64,000 bases of DNA. Source: a virus. Taxonomy: Duplodnaviria; Caudoviricetes. The number at the start of each line of letters is the position of its first letter. The stretch's first letter is position 1. The stretch is from positions 32,001 through 96,000 of IMG/VR virus record IMGVR_UViG_3300019874_000002; one strand, 5' to 3'. Positions 38,228 to 48,573 of this stretch are shown piece after piece. Made by a program: the position numbers and the translations under genes. The notes under the pieces were generated by a model. That model saw nothing but the letters and a program-made list of their open reading frames with translations. It did not search any database and was not told where the DNA came from.

Positions 38228-38718
38228 GATTTATCATAGCTATCATCAAAGCCACCAACCAAACTAGACAAAAAGTCTGCGCTCTCATTTGCAGGAACAG
38301 GCAGCTTACTCGGTTCTGCCTTCAAACGCGATGCAGCAATTTCTGGAAATTGCTCCTCGTCACTACGTTTGGTATACGCTTTGAAGCGTTTCAAGAAATC
38401 AGGATCAACGCCAGCATCCCAATCAATCTCGTCGAAGCGACCTTCCGCTCTCTTCTTTTCCCAATCGTCTATTATCGGATCGCCAGTCTTAAATTGAACA
38501 TTTGTCGTATCTTTGCTTGGGAAAGCTTCGTTCGGATCATCTTCAATCGCATACATGAAATACTCTATCTGCAACTCTTCTAGAGTATACGTTTGAAGCA
38601 CCGGATCCTTTAATGGCCTCTTATACTTCTTGCACCACCACCATTGCAGCTCATCGTGTGCTAATCGAGCTGCAGCGACTGCTCTCAGCTTTTCGTAATC
38701 ATTTTCCCACAGGCTTAA
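38224..38718 (-). CDS. Tail assembly chaperone, second frame (probably expressed by frameshift)
   Basis: Frame is open well upstream of the GTG at 38601 (LQWWWCKKYKRPLKDPVL) and overlaps the end of the first chaperone gene. Confidence 0.65.
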   Translation of the reverse strand, partial: LSLWENDYEKLRAVAAARLAHDELQWWWCKKYKRPLKDPVLQTYTLEELQIEYFMYAIEDDPNEAFPSKDTTNVQFKTGDPIIDDWEKKRAEGRFDEIDWDAGVDPDFLKRFKAYTKRSDEEQFPEIAASRLKAEPSKLPVPANESADFLSSLVGGFDDSYDKS

Positions 38719-39124
38719 GAAACGACTGCTGAAACGCGAGCACCTCCAAATAAGCTCGCTGCATTGGTTCTGAATCGTACATCTTGGTATTAAACCACGG
38801 TGGAGATTGAATCACGCACACAGAACAAACGGCCATCCACTCGTGCAATAGCGCCGTATTCCTGTCGATAGACGACGGTGGTTTGTCTTCGCGCAATTCC
38901 GCCATCATCGTGCCGATACGCGCGCGTTCCTCGATGTTTGGCCGTTTGATTGTAAATTCTCCAGACTGCTTCACATCGTCTTCGTCGAGCCAATCCATGA
39001 AAAATCGCTTCGTGTAACGAACATCCTTCGCCTTCGCGGCACCCTCTGGCGTGATATCTCTAATCTCTATGCGATCTTTAGGTTTCTCTGCTGTCGCCTC
39101 TTCTGGCTTCTTCTCTTCTTCCAT
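38699..39124 (-). CDS. Tail assembly chaperone
   Basis: Between tube and tape measure; GEFTIKRP...PPWF. Confidence 0.75.
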   Translation of the reverse strand: MEEEKKPEEATAEKPKDRIEIRDITPEGAAKAKDVRYTKRFFMDWLDEDDVKQSGEFTIKRPNIEERARIGTMMAELREDKPPSSIDRNTALLHEWMAVCSVCVIQSPPWFNTKMYDSEPMQRAYLEVLAFQQSFLKPVGK

Positions 39125-39139
39125 AACTCCTTCTCCTTT

Positions 39140-39625
39140 TTACACAATCTCTGATTCATCAAGCATTCTGAGCGCCACAAATGACACATTCTGTGTCACT
39201 ACCCCACGAGCCTGGATACTGAAATTTTGTGTCGTCGGCTTTACACCTTCAATCACATACAGCACCTTTCCAGAATTGCGATCCTGGATAAATACCGTAA
39301 CCGGTGTCAGCAAAAGAATGCGCTCGCCACGCGTTCCAAACTTCGGATAAATCCCCTGCTCTTTGAGAGAGCCAGGAGCAACATCGGTGCTAGCGCCAGA
39401 TGCTACCGTCCGAACAATCGCGCAATTGAGCGTGCAGCGATATCCGGTAGGTACGTGCTCTTTAACTGGCAAGTGATCTAGAACCTCCACCGGTTCCATC
39501 GTGATCTCTTCGCTACCGTCGCATCCAGTAGCGTAAGCGACCTGTGTTCCGTTCATATAGAAACGTGCGCGAGCGCCAGAAAAGCTTCTGGTACCCACGT
39601 CGCTAAATGGTAATTCGTTTGCCAC
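39140..39625 (-). CDS. Tail tube protein
   Basis: Follows the sheath; SGARARFYMNG...EHVPTGY...QNVSFVAL. Confidence 0.8.
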   Translation of the reverse strand: MANELPFSDVGTRSFSGARARFYMNGTQVAYATGCDGSEEITMEPVEVLDHLPVKEHVPTGYRCTLNCAIVRTVASGASTDVAPGSLKEQGIYPKFGTRGERILLLTPVTVFIQDRNSGKVLYVIEGVKPTTQNFSIQARGVVTQNVSFVALRMLDESEIV

Positions 39626-39645
39626 GGCTCAACTCCTTTCAAGAA

Positions 39646-41427
39646 TTAGAGAGAGAATTGCGCCGGTACGAGAACGGCGGTATTCAGAACAAAATTAATG
39701 CCTGACGTTGGAGACACGTTTGCAGACACACTCAACACATCATTGGTCGCGCTAACAAGAATGTTTTGATAACCAGGCGTCCGTACGCCATTGACAAGGC
39801 TATCCGTGATTACACCTTGGTCTCGCAAATCACGGAAAATACCAGCGGAGAATGGCTTCACCGTGAGCACCCTTCCTGCGCTCAGGGGTCTTCCAACGTA
39901 TTGACGTTCCAGCGCCGTTCGCCAGGTTGACGCAATCAGCTTCCAACCTTGTACAATTGATTCTTCGATAAATGCGTCGTTATTGCTCTTGGTATACGTC
40001 GTGATTCCCTTCTCGATGACAAACCCACGCCCTTGGACCAATGTTGAAAAGAGAACACCGTTCAAGAGCAAATCTACAATGTCATTCGCATTGCTCGTGC
40101 TCCACGACGCATCATTCGTGAGTGCGCTTGCCTTGATAACCTTCTTCGTCAAAGGTTCGCTCAATGGCGCGCCAGCGCGCATTCCAGCCAAGATCACCGC
40201 ATACGCCCACTCATCAAACTGCGTCAGGTTTGCTGTCACAGCTGACGGACGTGTCGGTTTCTGGCTACTCAAACACACGTGCTCGCTGTTAAGCGCTTGC
40301 GCCGCAAGAATAAGGTTTGCTTTGGTCCCCTGAAACGATGCCCAACCTTGACGCTCACTCCTACCGGCCGTTGCGCTCATCAGCTGACAGTGCGATTGCA
40401 AACCAGCATTGATCGACGCTAGCGTATACGTTCCTTCAATCGCATTCGCGTCTCTCGATGCCAGCGTTACCAGCTGATTGAGATTGACTCCACTCATTGC
40501 TGTAAACGCGTTTGCCCAATCCGAGTTTGCCGACGTCCCTCGAGTCCCTCCAGCGAGCGCCGTCTTCGTGAGCACAACGCGCGGACCAGTCTGACCCTTT
40601 GTCAGCACACTGTTAATCAGAGAGCTGTTGCTATTCAGCCAATCACTCAAGTCAAAGTTATTTGACATGATGACAACTGGCGCAGCCTTGATTGTAACTC
40701 CTGCGAGAGCATCCAGATTGCTCGGATCAAACGACGCAGCGTTTGTGATCAACGTTGTCACTGCGTACTTCCCAGTACCTGCGATAAAGAACAGGATATC
40801 AGCCAAGCTGTTGTATTGGCTAAATGTAATATTCAGCTGATCAACAGCACCTGCATTTGCTGTCGTCAATGTCGTAGCAGTAATCGTGATTGTCGACGTC
40901 GCGGCAGCACCGGTATACTGAATTGAAAATTTACCAAACTTCGTCGGATCTCCAAACTCAGGAGACGTCTCGGTAATCAAATTACCAAACGAATCAATAC
41001 CTGTGATTTGAACCGTTCGCAGGTTACCACCGGTTGACGTGATTGTGGCTTGAATGCTGTTTGTCTGCAAACCCCAATCTTTGGAGTTGAACGTAAACGT
41101 GGTGTCGTGGACAAACGTGGATTGCGTACTACCGTTTGTTTTATAGCAAACCAACGTTTGAGCACCTGCAGGAATCAGCGGATCGTTTCCAGGATCAGAA
41201 GCAATCTGCGCCGCTTCGACGAGATTGCCGCTGCGGTACAATGCTTTTACTGCAGCTGATGCATTGAATACTTGAGTGAGCCTAGGTGGACCGCCATCCG
41301 CATCTCCAATCAAGCCAACAACGCCAAGCCCTAAAAGAGCAACGCTATTGAATTGAGACGCATCGATCTTGGTGTATGCCCCAGGACGTGTCAGGACAGC
41401 GCCATTAAATAAAATTTGCCGAGTCAC
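39646..41427 (-). CDS. Tail sheath protein
   Basis: FNGAVLTRPGAYTKID, GLIGDADGGPP, EPLTKK, KGITTY, PTSGINFV. Confidence 0.9.
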   Translation of the reverse strand: MTRQILFNGAVLTRPGAYTKIDASQFNSVALLGLGVVGLIGDADGGPPRLTQVFNASAAVKALYRSGNLVEAAQIASDPGNDPLIPAGAQTLVCYKTNGSTQSTFVHDTTFTFNSKDWGLQTNSIQATITSTGGNLRTVQITGIDSFGNLITETSPEFGDPTKFGKFSIQYTGAAATSTITITATTLTTANAGAVDQLNITFSQYNSLADILFFIAGTGKYAVTTLITNAASFDPSNLDALAGVTIKAAPVVIMSNNFDLSDWLNSNSSLINSVLTKGQTGPRVVLTKTALAGGTRGTSANSDWANAFTAMSGVNLNQLVTLASRDANAIEGTYTLASINAGLQSHCQLMSATAGRSERQGWASFQGTKANLILAAQALNSEHVCLSSQKPTRPSAVTANLTQFDEWAYAVILAGMRAGAPLSEPLTKKVIKASALTNDASWSTSNANDIVDLLLNGVLFSTLVQGRGFVIEKGITTYTKSNNDAFIEESIVQGWKLIASTWRTALERQYVGRPLSAGRVLTVKPFSAGIFRDLRDQGVITDSLVNGVRTPGYQNILVSATNDVLSVSANVSPTSGINFVLNTAVLVPAQFSL

Positions 41428-41436
41428 TTTGACCTC

Positions 41437-41700
41437 CTAGAACGTGGAAAATATATCGTCGAAAACGAATACCGTAGCTATCCTGACTTTTGTAAATGCC
41501 AGCCTCATAGACTGGTGAATTGGATCATGAATACGCCGATGCGAAAAGTACGCTTCAATCGACATAGCCTCTGGATGCTCACCATAGAGCTGACGTAATC
41601 CAATCTCTTCTTCTATGTCGGCCATCGATTTAATCGTCGCAAACTTCTCTCCGGCAAACTTCTTTCCAAGCTTGACCTCATCGCCAGGCTGATCACTCAT
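41437..41700 (-). CDS. Small hypothetical protein upstream of the sheath
   Basis: 87 aa, AAGGAG RBS. Confidence 0.65.
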   Translation of the reverse strand: MSDQPGDEVKLGKKFAGEKFATIKSMADIEEEIGLRQLYGEHPEAMSIEAYFSHRRIHDPIHQSMRLAFTKVRIATVFVFDDIFSTF

Positions 41701-42473
41701 TGAATAACTCCTTGAGCAGCGCCGCCAAATAGGAAACTTGACAGCGACACGTTTACACTCCCAATCGTGTAATCTGGCTTGAGAGCAACATCAAAATTCA
41801 TATCATATTCAAGCGATAGAACCTTGAAATACGCAAAGCTTGGAAACAGCTCTGGATTATGTTGAAAATCGTTACCACTCATTTTCATATTTCGAGCGCC
41901 AGCATACCTATCAAAATCAATCTTGTTCGCTAGCAATAGCGCTTTAATAGTCACGTACAGATACAACGTCGCATCGACGTTCTCCGTTGCAATATAAATC
42001 TTCGTCGTGTGGCTCTCAGGCACTGATAGAAGCTGTCGTGACTGCGTAGCTCGTGGCCGATTGTCTGGCACGAACATCTGACCATACAGAGAGGGAGCTG
42101 TTTGAATATTGGATGACGCTACAACACTGTGCGCTCCAATCAACATTTGGCCTCCATCATCTGCGAGGTACGTCTCTCCAGTCTTCTCCGTCTCGCTTGC
42201 ATTGACAATGCAAACGAATGGAATTTGCATGTTATCTCGAGGATAATTAATGATGAAATGAAGATTTGTGTTCTCAGAAAACCAACGCTTCGCTTGTAAA
42301 CGAACCTCGTCACCATAGCGCCCGAACATCTCGTCAAAAAACAAGTCGCCAGGAGCCGCGATGTCTCGCTGAATTTGCTTGAACTGATATGCGAGAAATT
42401 GACGGAGCAACTCCTCAAAAAACAGATTGCCGATAAATCCGTTTGGCGTTTGCGTTCTAGGATCAACGGTCAT
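41697..42473 (-). CDS. Tail completion/terminator-like protein
   Basis: Position in the neck cluster; 258 aa. Confidence 0.55.
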   Translation of the reverse strand: MTVDPRTQTPNGFIGNLFFEELLRQFLAYQFKQIQRDIAAPGDLFFDEMFGRYGDEVRLQAKRWFSENTNLHFIINYPRDNMQIPFVCIVNASETEKTGETYLADDGGQMLIGAHSVVASSNIQTAPSLYGQMFVPDNRPRATQSRQLLSVPESHTTKIYIATENVDATLYLYVTIKALLLANKIDFDRYAGARNMKMSGNDFQHNPELFPSFAYFKVLSLEYDMNFDVALKPDYTIGSVNVSLSSFLFGGAAQGVIQ

Positions 42474-43192
42474 TTAGACCTCAATCCGCGCTTAACCATC
42501 TCACGCTTAAAGATAGATTTCAGTACAAGCTTTGGAAAATTTTTCAATTGCCTCAAAGCGCGAAGACCTTCATACCCAGGATGCCACCAAGCATTCGCAT
42601 CGCTATTACTAGAGATCCGACGAATCGTTTGGTATGACGATTTCCCAGAAGACCTTGTCCTCAGCATATCGGAATAAACGCTCGTCACATGCTTTGAACT
42701 GGCAGCTGGAATCGTACCAGTAACGCGCAATGGATTACGCTCAGCTCTACCGCCCCATCTCGCGGAGATCCGCTCCGTTTGCACTGCTGCCTGAATCTGC
42801 GCCTTCACCAATGGAGGCATTCCTTGGCTTCTCACATTCGCTCGCATCTCATGCTTGAATGGCACATCAATGTAGCGATTACCCTTTTCGCTAGTCTTCG
42901 CGTTTGGAGAAGCTAATAACTTAGGCTTCAAGTCTCGAGACGGATACCCAACCTCTATATCCTTTGCGACGCCTTCCATCTTGACGACAATACGAGTTGC
43001 GGTAGCTGTGACCGCGCCAGCCAAAGCATCCGTAAATAGCTTTGCGGTGTTATGCAGCTTTGTATCTGCGATTTTAGATAGCACTTCAACAACTTTCGAC
43101 GCGCCCACAACCATTGTTGCAGCAAGCGCATCGTTCATCTTCCCGGACAACTTACCTTTGAAACGGGAATGGATTTTTAACGTCACCTTCAC
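42470..43192 (-). CDS. Neck/tail completion protein
   Basis: RYIDVPFKH, YQTIRRISSNSDANAWWHPG motif of Herelleviridae-type neck proteins. Confidence 0.65.
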   Translation of the reverse strand: MKVTLKIHSRFKGKLSGKMNDALAATMVVGASKVVEVLSKIADTKLHNTAKLFTDALAGAVTATATRIVVKMEGVAKDIEVGYPSRDLKPKLLASPNAKTSEKGNRYIDVPFKHEMRANVRSQGMPPLVKAQIQAAVQTERISARWGGRAERNPLRVTGTIPAASSKHVTSVYSDMLRTRSSGKSSYQTIRRISSNSDANAWWHPGYEGLRALRQLKNFPKLVLKSIFKREMVKRGLRSK

Positions 43193-43979
43193 TCGGCACG
43201 TCTAGCCCTTCGTTACGTGTAAACGCATCCAATTGTGCAATTACCTGCACTGGAAATTCAAACGGTGCAGGTACATTTTCCAATGATGGAATCAATTGGT
43301 CGCGAACGTGATGCGACGTATCTTGCACAATGTAAACCGGCCGGTAGTAGTACACAATTGAAAAATACGTATCGGCGTCCGGTCGGTGCGCTGTCAACCA
43401 AACAAGCTCTCCAGTTAGAGTGTTGACCGTAAAATCTTCTGCATTTGCCGTAGCAAACTCCTGGTCACCCACAGCCCAAATAATCCTCTCCACGCTCAGA
43501 ATATTAAACTTTGGTCTGTCGGTCAAAGAACTGCGCTGGCGAAGGATGCTCTCAGTATGGCGCGCTCGAGCATTAACCAAAGTAACTCGGTCCCAAAACG
43601 ATACCTTGAATTCAGGATACGCGGTGATCTGAGCTTTACCAGAATCGAATCGCCCGTACGCAAAATATTGTGATGATAGTCCTAGAGACGTGATTAGCAT
43701 CTGAGTCACCACTGGATTAAAATAGATGAATCCTGAATGGCAAACTCGACAATTTATATCATGTGCACGCGGACTCGGCCCTTTAATAAAAGGACAATAC
43801 TGTGCAGTCTCCCAAATGACATTGTATCCGTGGACTTTTATCAATTGCGTAAACTTGTCGCGGTCAAATGGCACGCTAAATCCGGATACGTCTGAACGCA
43901 CGAATGGAGATACCGACGGCTGCCCTATCGCGGTCGGTCCGCCACCGACAATAACGCCACCTGTTCGATTGACGCCCAT
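43152..43979 (-). CDS. Head closure/neck protein
   Basis: HGYNVIWETAQYCP...CRVCHSGFIY; YYYRPVY. Confidence 0.65.
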   Translation of the reverse strand: MGVNRTGGVIVGGGPTAIGQPSVSPFVRSDVSGFSVPFDRDKFTQLIKVHGYNVIWETAQYCPFIKGPSPRAHDINCRVCHSGFIYFNPVVTQMLITSLGLSSQYFAYGRFDSGKAQITAYPEFKVSFWDRVTLVNARARHTESILRQRSSLTDRPKFNILSVERIIWAVGDQEFATANAEDFTVNTLTGELVWLTAHRPDADTYFSIVYYYRPVYIVQDTSHHVRDQLIPSLENVPAPFEFPVQVIAQLDAFTRNEGLDVPSEGDVKNPFPFQR

Positions 43980-44779
43980 TACGTCGACACCATATTAATT
44001 GGCTTATACGCATCAAGGATTTGCTTGAGCAAACCTGACGTCATCGTCAATTCTTGTGATTTACCTGCCGGTCCGTATAGGTCTTCTGAATATTGAGAAA
44101 TCCGCGCTTGGAAGGCTGGCAATTGATAGCTCATTGATTGCGATAGTCCATCAATCGAGGCACTCTCACTATTCACACCAATCGGACGAACCAAATCCGA
44201 CATAATGCGAAGAAGATCGATGCACGCAAGCTTTGCCAAAGCTTCAACAATCATCCTAGGCAGGTCCAGAGGATCCATTCCAGCTATGTAATCTACGCGC
44301 CACAGGTTTGGAACGGAAGAAATCCCTTGATACAGGATTGGCAAAAAATCTCCACCCTGCCCAATAATCACAGCACTCAACGCTCCTTGATTTGGTACAA
44401 CATTTAATTCTCCAGAGTCCTTCCTTATCTGGATCCATTCTGGAGGATACGTTACGATACTAACGCCAAGAGGAAAGACGCCGCGCAGCTGGGTTATCGA
44501 TTTGACTGGAACCTTGAACAGCTGCAGCCAACCCCAATTAATATAATCCTGCGCGTAATAATCATGCTGTTCGTCAGTGATGACAACCTCGAGGATTGAA
44601 ATATCGCAAAGCTTTTCTAGTTTACGCAAAGCATTTTGCATATGCGTTTCAAAAAAACTGTCAGGATAAGGCTTTCCTGCACGATCAATAAACTCCAAAC
44701 CAGTCAACCAATTGGCTCTAAGCCAATCAGGAGTCAAGTCAGACAACTTGATCGTGATATTTCCATCCGCTAGGGCCAT
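43979..44779 (-). CDS. Head-tail adaptor protein
   Basis: LTPDWLRANWLTG...VDYIAG...SIDGLSQS. Confidence 0.7.
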   Translation of the reverse strand: MALADGNITIKLSDLTPDWLRANWLTGLEFIDRAGKPYPDSFFETHMQNALRKLEKLCDISILEVVITDEQHDYYAQDYINWGWLQLFKVPVKSITQLRGVFPLGVSIVTYPPEWIQIRKDSGELNVVPNQGALSAVIIGQGGDFLPILYQGISSVPNLWRVDYIAGMDPLDLPRMIVEALAKLACIDLLRIMSDLVRPIGVNSESASIDGLSQSMSYQLPAFQARISQYSEDLYGPAGKSQELTMTSGLLKQILDAYKPINMVST

Positions 44780-44783
44780 CGAT

Positions 44784-45296
44784 TTAGTTCTTCTTCTTCG
44801 CCTTCAATGCATCACGTTCCGCGGACACGACGCTAAGCGAATGCTCAAGCTCTTTGCACTTACGCCGCAAAGCCTCTGCCTCTTTGGCCATGCCATCCTG
44901 GTACGCTGTGTATTGCGCCCTGAATTCGGTGGCCATTTGCTCAAGCTTCTCTTCCAGCTCTGCATTCTTTTGAGCGAGCCTGGCATTGGCTCCTCTCACT
45001 GCAGTCAGATCCGAATTTGCTTTGGTCTCTGCAGCCGTCGCTGGCTGCGCCTCTTCCAAAGCAAGATACTTCTCCTGATCCTCCACAGAAAGCCACCCAA
45101 ACGAATGAACGTGAATGATGTCTTTCAAGGGAACCTTGATTGTCGCTACGCCATCGTCGTCAAACTTGACTTTGCCCCATCTCGAAGACGGAGTTTTGCC
45201 AGCATTGCGACGGTCCATGATTTCCAGCGTAACGACTGTATCAGGATCCATTTCCGTGTTGCGTGCAACCACGGTCTGCTTTTGCGGATTAGCCAT
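44784..45296 (-). CDS. Hypothetical protein after the capsid gene (coiled-coil C-terminus)
   Basis: VKFDDDGVATI; AAGGAG RBS. Confidence 0.65.
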   Translation of the reverse strand: MANPQKQTVVARNTEMDPDTVVTLEIMDRRNAGKTPSSRWGKVKFDDDGVATIKVPLKDIIHVHSFGWLSVEDQEKYLALEEAQPATAAETKANSDLTAVRGANARLAQKNAELEEKLEQMATEFRAQYTAYQDGMAKEAEALRRKCKELEHSLSVVSAERDALKAKKKN

Positions 45297-45325
45297 ACTT
45301 GTTCTCCTTCATTTCTACCTGCACT

Positions 45326-46729
45326 CTAGTCGTCAAGAACATTGATGAAGATCACATTCTTCCGAGGCGCGTACAGGATCGGCGTCATGTAGATCAGCTG
45401 CATCCAGCGAATTGACGCCGCAAGCGTCGCCAGCGGAATCTTCATCATTGGCGCCAGCTGCCTCACGCTCATTGACTGCAAATTCATTTGCAGCAAATAC
45501 GCGCGCGACATTCCAGGCAGCCACTGATTGACATCAAGAAACACTGTCGTCGCCGCGCCAGTCGGACGTGGAACATCGAGCACAAATTGCTCGGTTCCAG
45601 CCGCGCCACCGACTTTGCTGCGATAGATGCGATACCCTGTCGCAGTATCCGTACCACCGCCATCAGTAATCGTGAGCGTCACGCCATCGCCTGCAGCGAC
45701 AGCAACACCACCAGGCTCTTGCACACCAGCGCTCTCGCCAAAGCGATTGAGTGCAGACACCTTGTATTGATACGTACCAGCATCGGCCGCACCAAAGATT
45801 GAAGCAGCGTTTGCACCGCTCGCAGCGGAACACGTCGGCGCCGTTGGAGCGCGCACGGACGTTGCAGCAGTCGGCGCATTCTTGACGCTGTTCTCTTTGC
45901 CACTGCGCAGAAAGATGTTTCCGCGAAGCGCGATATCCCCAGCGTTCGTTTCCATCAGCTTCGCGCTGTAGCCAATTCTACCATCCGTTTGGCCAAAGCT
46001 TCCGCGCTGACGAGAATAGAACTGCTTGCTCATATCGCTTTGTGCGCGCGGAGCAAGATACAGCGCCGAAGATATCCCGTAGTTTTCGACGACAACGTTG
46101 GTCGCCTCTTCGATTGCGTCCTCCGTGATTGGCCCACCGCGAAGATCAATCACGTTGTTTGCACTTGCAAACGGATCTCGCATGAGCTGCTCGTCAATGC
46201 CGTCGAACGAATCTGGAATGACGCTCGCTTGACCTCTGAATAGCGCGCGCTCAATGCGCATCATCAGCCAGATCGCGCGATTCTGCGTCTCTCGCGCAAT
46301 GATATTGCCGTACGCATTGCGCACCAACGTCGCCGGATGCGTTACCTCGCCTTGCGTGCCGAGGAATTTGATCATTTCCACGCGCCGCTCGTACGCCGCG
46401 TCCTGAACCTGAGGCAATTCACCTTCCTTCGTGAATGCGCCAGACTCACCGCCGTAGCTCGATTGGATCGTGTACTCCTCACTCGTCGAGAACGCAGGCA
46501 GCTTCGGAATGTCCTTCCAAAGCTTCATATGCCCTTGCGAGAAAGTGAGCACGCGGAGCGTCGCCTCGAGTGATTCCACGCGAAGCGCACTACCGCCGTC
46601 ATGGCGCGGACTCTGATTGCCTGCTGAGAGAGCTTTGCGGAGATCGTCCGCACTCATGCCTGCATTTGGGAGCAAACCGAAACCGGTAAGCCCATCGTAG
46701 TCAGACATGCCAACGTAATTGCCTTCCAT
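45326..46729 (-). CDS. Major capsid protein (Herelleviridae-like)
   Basis: KALSAG...GGSALRVESLEATLRVLTF, IERALFRG, VIDLRG, QLAPMMKIPLA; inserted Ig/Fn3-like segment. Confidence 0.92.
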   Translation of the reverse strand: MEGNYVGMSDYDGLTGFGLLPNAGMSADDLRKALSAGNQSPRHDGGSALRVESLEATLRVLTFSQGHMKLWKDIPKLPAFSTSEEYTIQSSYGGESGAFTKEGELPQVQDAAYERRVEMIKFLGTQGEVTHPATLVRNAYGNIIARETQNRAIWLMMRIERALFRGQASVIPDSFDGIDEQLMRDPFASANNVIDLRGGPITEDAIEEATNVVVENYGISSALYLAPRAQSDMSKQFYSRQRGSFGQTDGRIGYSAKLMETNAGDIALRGNIFLRSGKENSVKNAPTAATSVRAPTAPTCSAASGANAASIFGAADAGTYQYKVSALNRFGESAGVQEPGGVAVAAGDGVTLTITDGGGTDTATGYRIYRSKVGGAAGTEQFVLDVPRPTGAATTVFLDVNQWLPGMSRAYLLQMNLQSMSVRQLAPMMKIPLATLAASIRWMQLIYMTPILYAPRKNVIFINVLDD

Positions 46730-46766
46730 CTGTGACTCCTTTCAGTGTCGTTTTTGTTGCTGTCTG

Positions 46767-47779
46767 CTACGAAGCAGAACAGAGCTTCTGCTCCAACTTT
46801 TGGACAACAGCCTTTGGTAGCATTGAGAAATCGTGAGTGTTTTCGAATTTGGTAATTTCGTCCAGAGAAACGCCCTGACTCTTCAAACACATGTCCGTAA
46901 GAGCCTCTTGAATTGCGATAAACTCGACATTCTCCAATGGCGAGCCTAGCTCCGATCCGTCGATACCTGAGGTGTCCCCATTCCGAAATTGCGGTTCGCG
47001 AACATTCGCTTTTCGCAACGTCGAACCTTGCTGATTGGGTACAGGCTGATCGTGAATAGCTTTGACTAGGTCCTCCGTACTGCCTAGCTTCTCCACAATC
47101 ATCACGAGAGCCTTCGCAATCTTTGAATTGAAAGCCTTCTGATTATCACCGAATTCAGTGATCGACTTTCGCATCGACTTCATCAACCGTTTGTCACGCG
47201 AATTGCGTTGACCGGCGGTTAGGTTGTCAATCGATTGGACGAGCTTATCGAGGATTGGCGCAGCATCAAACGCAGCTTCTGCGTTTGGAGTCTCGTCGAT
47301 GAGAGCCTTTCGAATGCTCTCATTACGACGCTTCTTTGTCTGGGACGAAGATTCGCAAGCTGCGAAGCGCCGTGGGATTTACCAAACGGCTTACCTCCCT
47401 TTGCAGGTTGATCAGACGATGATTCACCTCCTTCATCCGATTCGTCATCCCCACCGCCAGCGGATTCCCCATCTCCGCTGTCGTCGTCAGATGACATCGA
47501 GTCGTCGTCATCATTTCCAGCTTTCGCTACATCGTCATCTGACGATGCGTCGTCAGATTTAGCGTACAGCGCTTTCAGTGTTTCTTCCGCTTTCCGCCGA
47601 CTCATCCCGCCCTTCATCAGACCTCTCAACGCCTTCTTCATCGCTTTCGCACTTGATTGAATATTTGTTCCCTCCGTCGCCAAGCCTCCATCGTGTGGAG
47701 CATCTTGGAGAGCATCTCCGCCCTTTTCGAGCGTTTCTAGTGACGCAAGCAACCTGGCCTCTGCTGGTGTTCTCGCCAT
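46767..47779 (-). CDS. Scaffold protein split over two frames (47219-47779 and 46767-47186+)
   Basis: Acidic, rich in K-A/K-S motifs, located before the capsid gene; the downstream frame is open and protein-like from about 47380. Confidence 0.65.
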
Positions 47780-47790
47780 AAGCTACTCCA

Positions 47791-48183
47791 TTACGCGAAG
47801 TATCCGACAATATTTCCAGTTACTGCAGTGGTCAGAAGAAACGTTCGAACAGTACCGTCAATTGACGTAACGGTAACTGTCGAAACGCCACCCACGACGG
47901 CGGACATCGCAACCACATCTCCAGGACGAAGATCGGCGATTTCTTGACCAGTAAGATCGAACACCGAACCGACTCCAGAGGCACCATCGCTCATTGCGAG
48001 CAAAAGCTGTCCTCCCACGATGTTTACGACTGACCCAAGCAAAGCACCTCCGAATGCTGGATCAACAGCTGACAGCACTGTCTTGCTATCAGGAATTGTA
48101 AAGGTTCCTGCAACCTTTACAACAAATGGTGTAAGCGGATCGCGTCCACCGACATTGAAGCGCACAAGATTCTGACGAGACAT
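47791..48183 (-). CDS. Putative head structural protein
   Basis: 130 aa, AAGGAG RBS, beta-rich. Confidence 0.6.
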   Translation of the reverse strand: MSRQNLVRFNVGGRDPLTPFVVKVAGTFTIPDSKTVLSAVDPAFGGALLGSVVNIVGGQLLLAMSDGASGVGSVFDLTGQEIADLRPGDVVAMSAVVGGVSTVTVTSIDGTVRTFLLTTAVTGNIVGYFA

Positions 48184-48234
48184 TGTTTCTCCTTTTTATT
48201 TACGAACGCCTCAACTCGGCGTCATTTGAAAAAC

Positions 48235-48573
48235 TTAGTTAGTAACCAACACGGTCCAGCGCACAGTGCATGGATTTGTTGCAACTGCGTAAACGCCAGC
48301 TGCGCCAGACTCCTTCGACGCATTGATTGTAAAGGTGTTGTTTGCGTTTTGAACCGACGCTAGACGATGAACTGTCGCCACACCTCCAGCGTCTTCAAAA
48401 TTCAATGACTGAACAACATATGACATGATGTCGACACGTCCACCTTTCATCCGAATAGCACGTCCAAGGTCGACGACTGTCGACCCTGTAAACGTGATCA
48501 ATCCAGTAAGATGACTTGATTGATTTCTCTGTTCGCCGACTCGCGGCTTTCCTGTCGCTACTCGTTTAGCCAT
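48235..48573 (-). CDS. Putative head structural protein
   Basis: 112 aa, GGAGG RBS. Confidence 0.6.
   Translation of the reverse strand: MAKRVATGKPRVGEQRNQSSHLTGLITFTGSTVVDLGRAIRMKGGRVDIMSYVVQSLNFEDAGGVATVHRLASVQNANNTFTINASKESGAAGVYAVATNPCTVRWTVLVTN

Noticed and set aside
38702-38708. G GGA AAA as a classical -1 tail chaperone slippery site
   Set aside because: The -1 frame terminates after MITKS; the downstream chaperone ORF is in the +1 frame.
48190-48230. TAAATA plus a small hairpin as a T4-like late promoter
   Set aside because: Single partial match; not found repeated upstream of other late genes.
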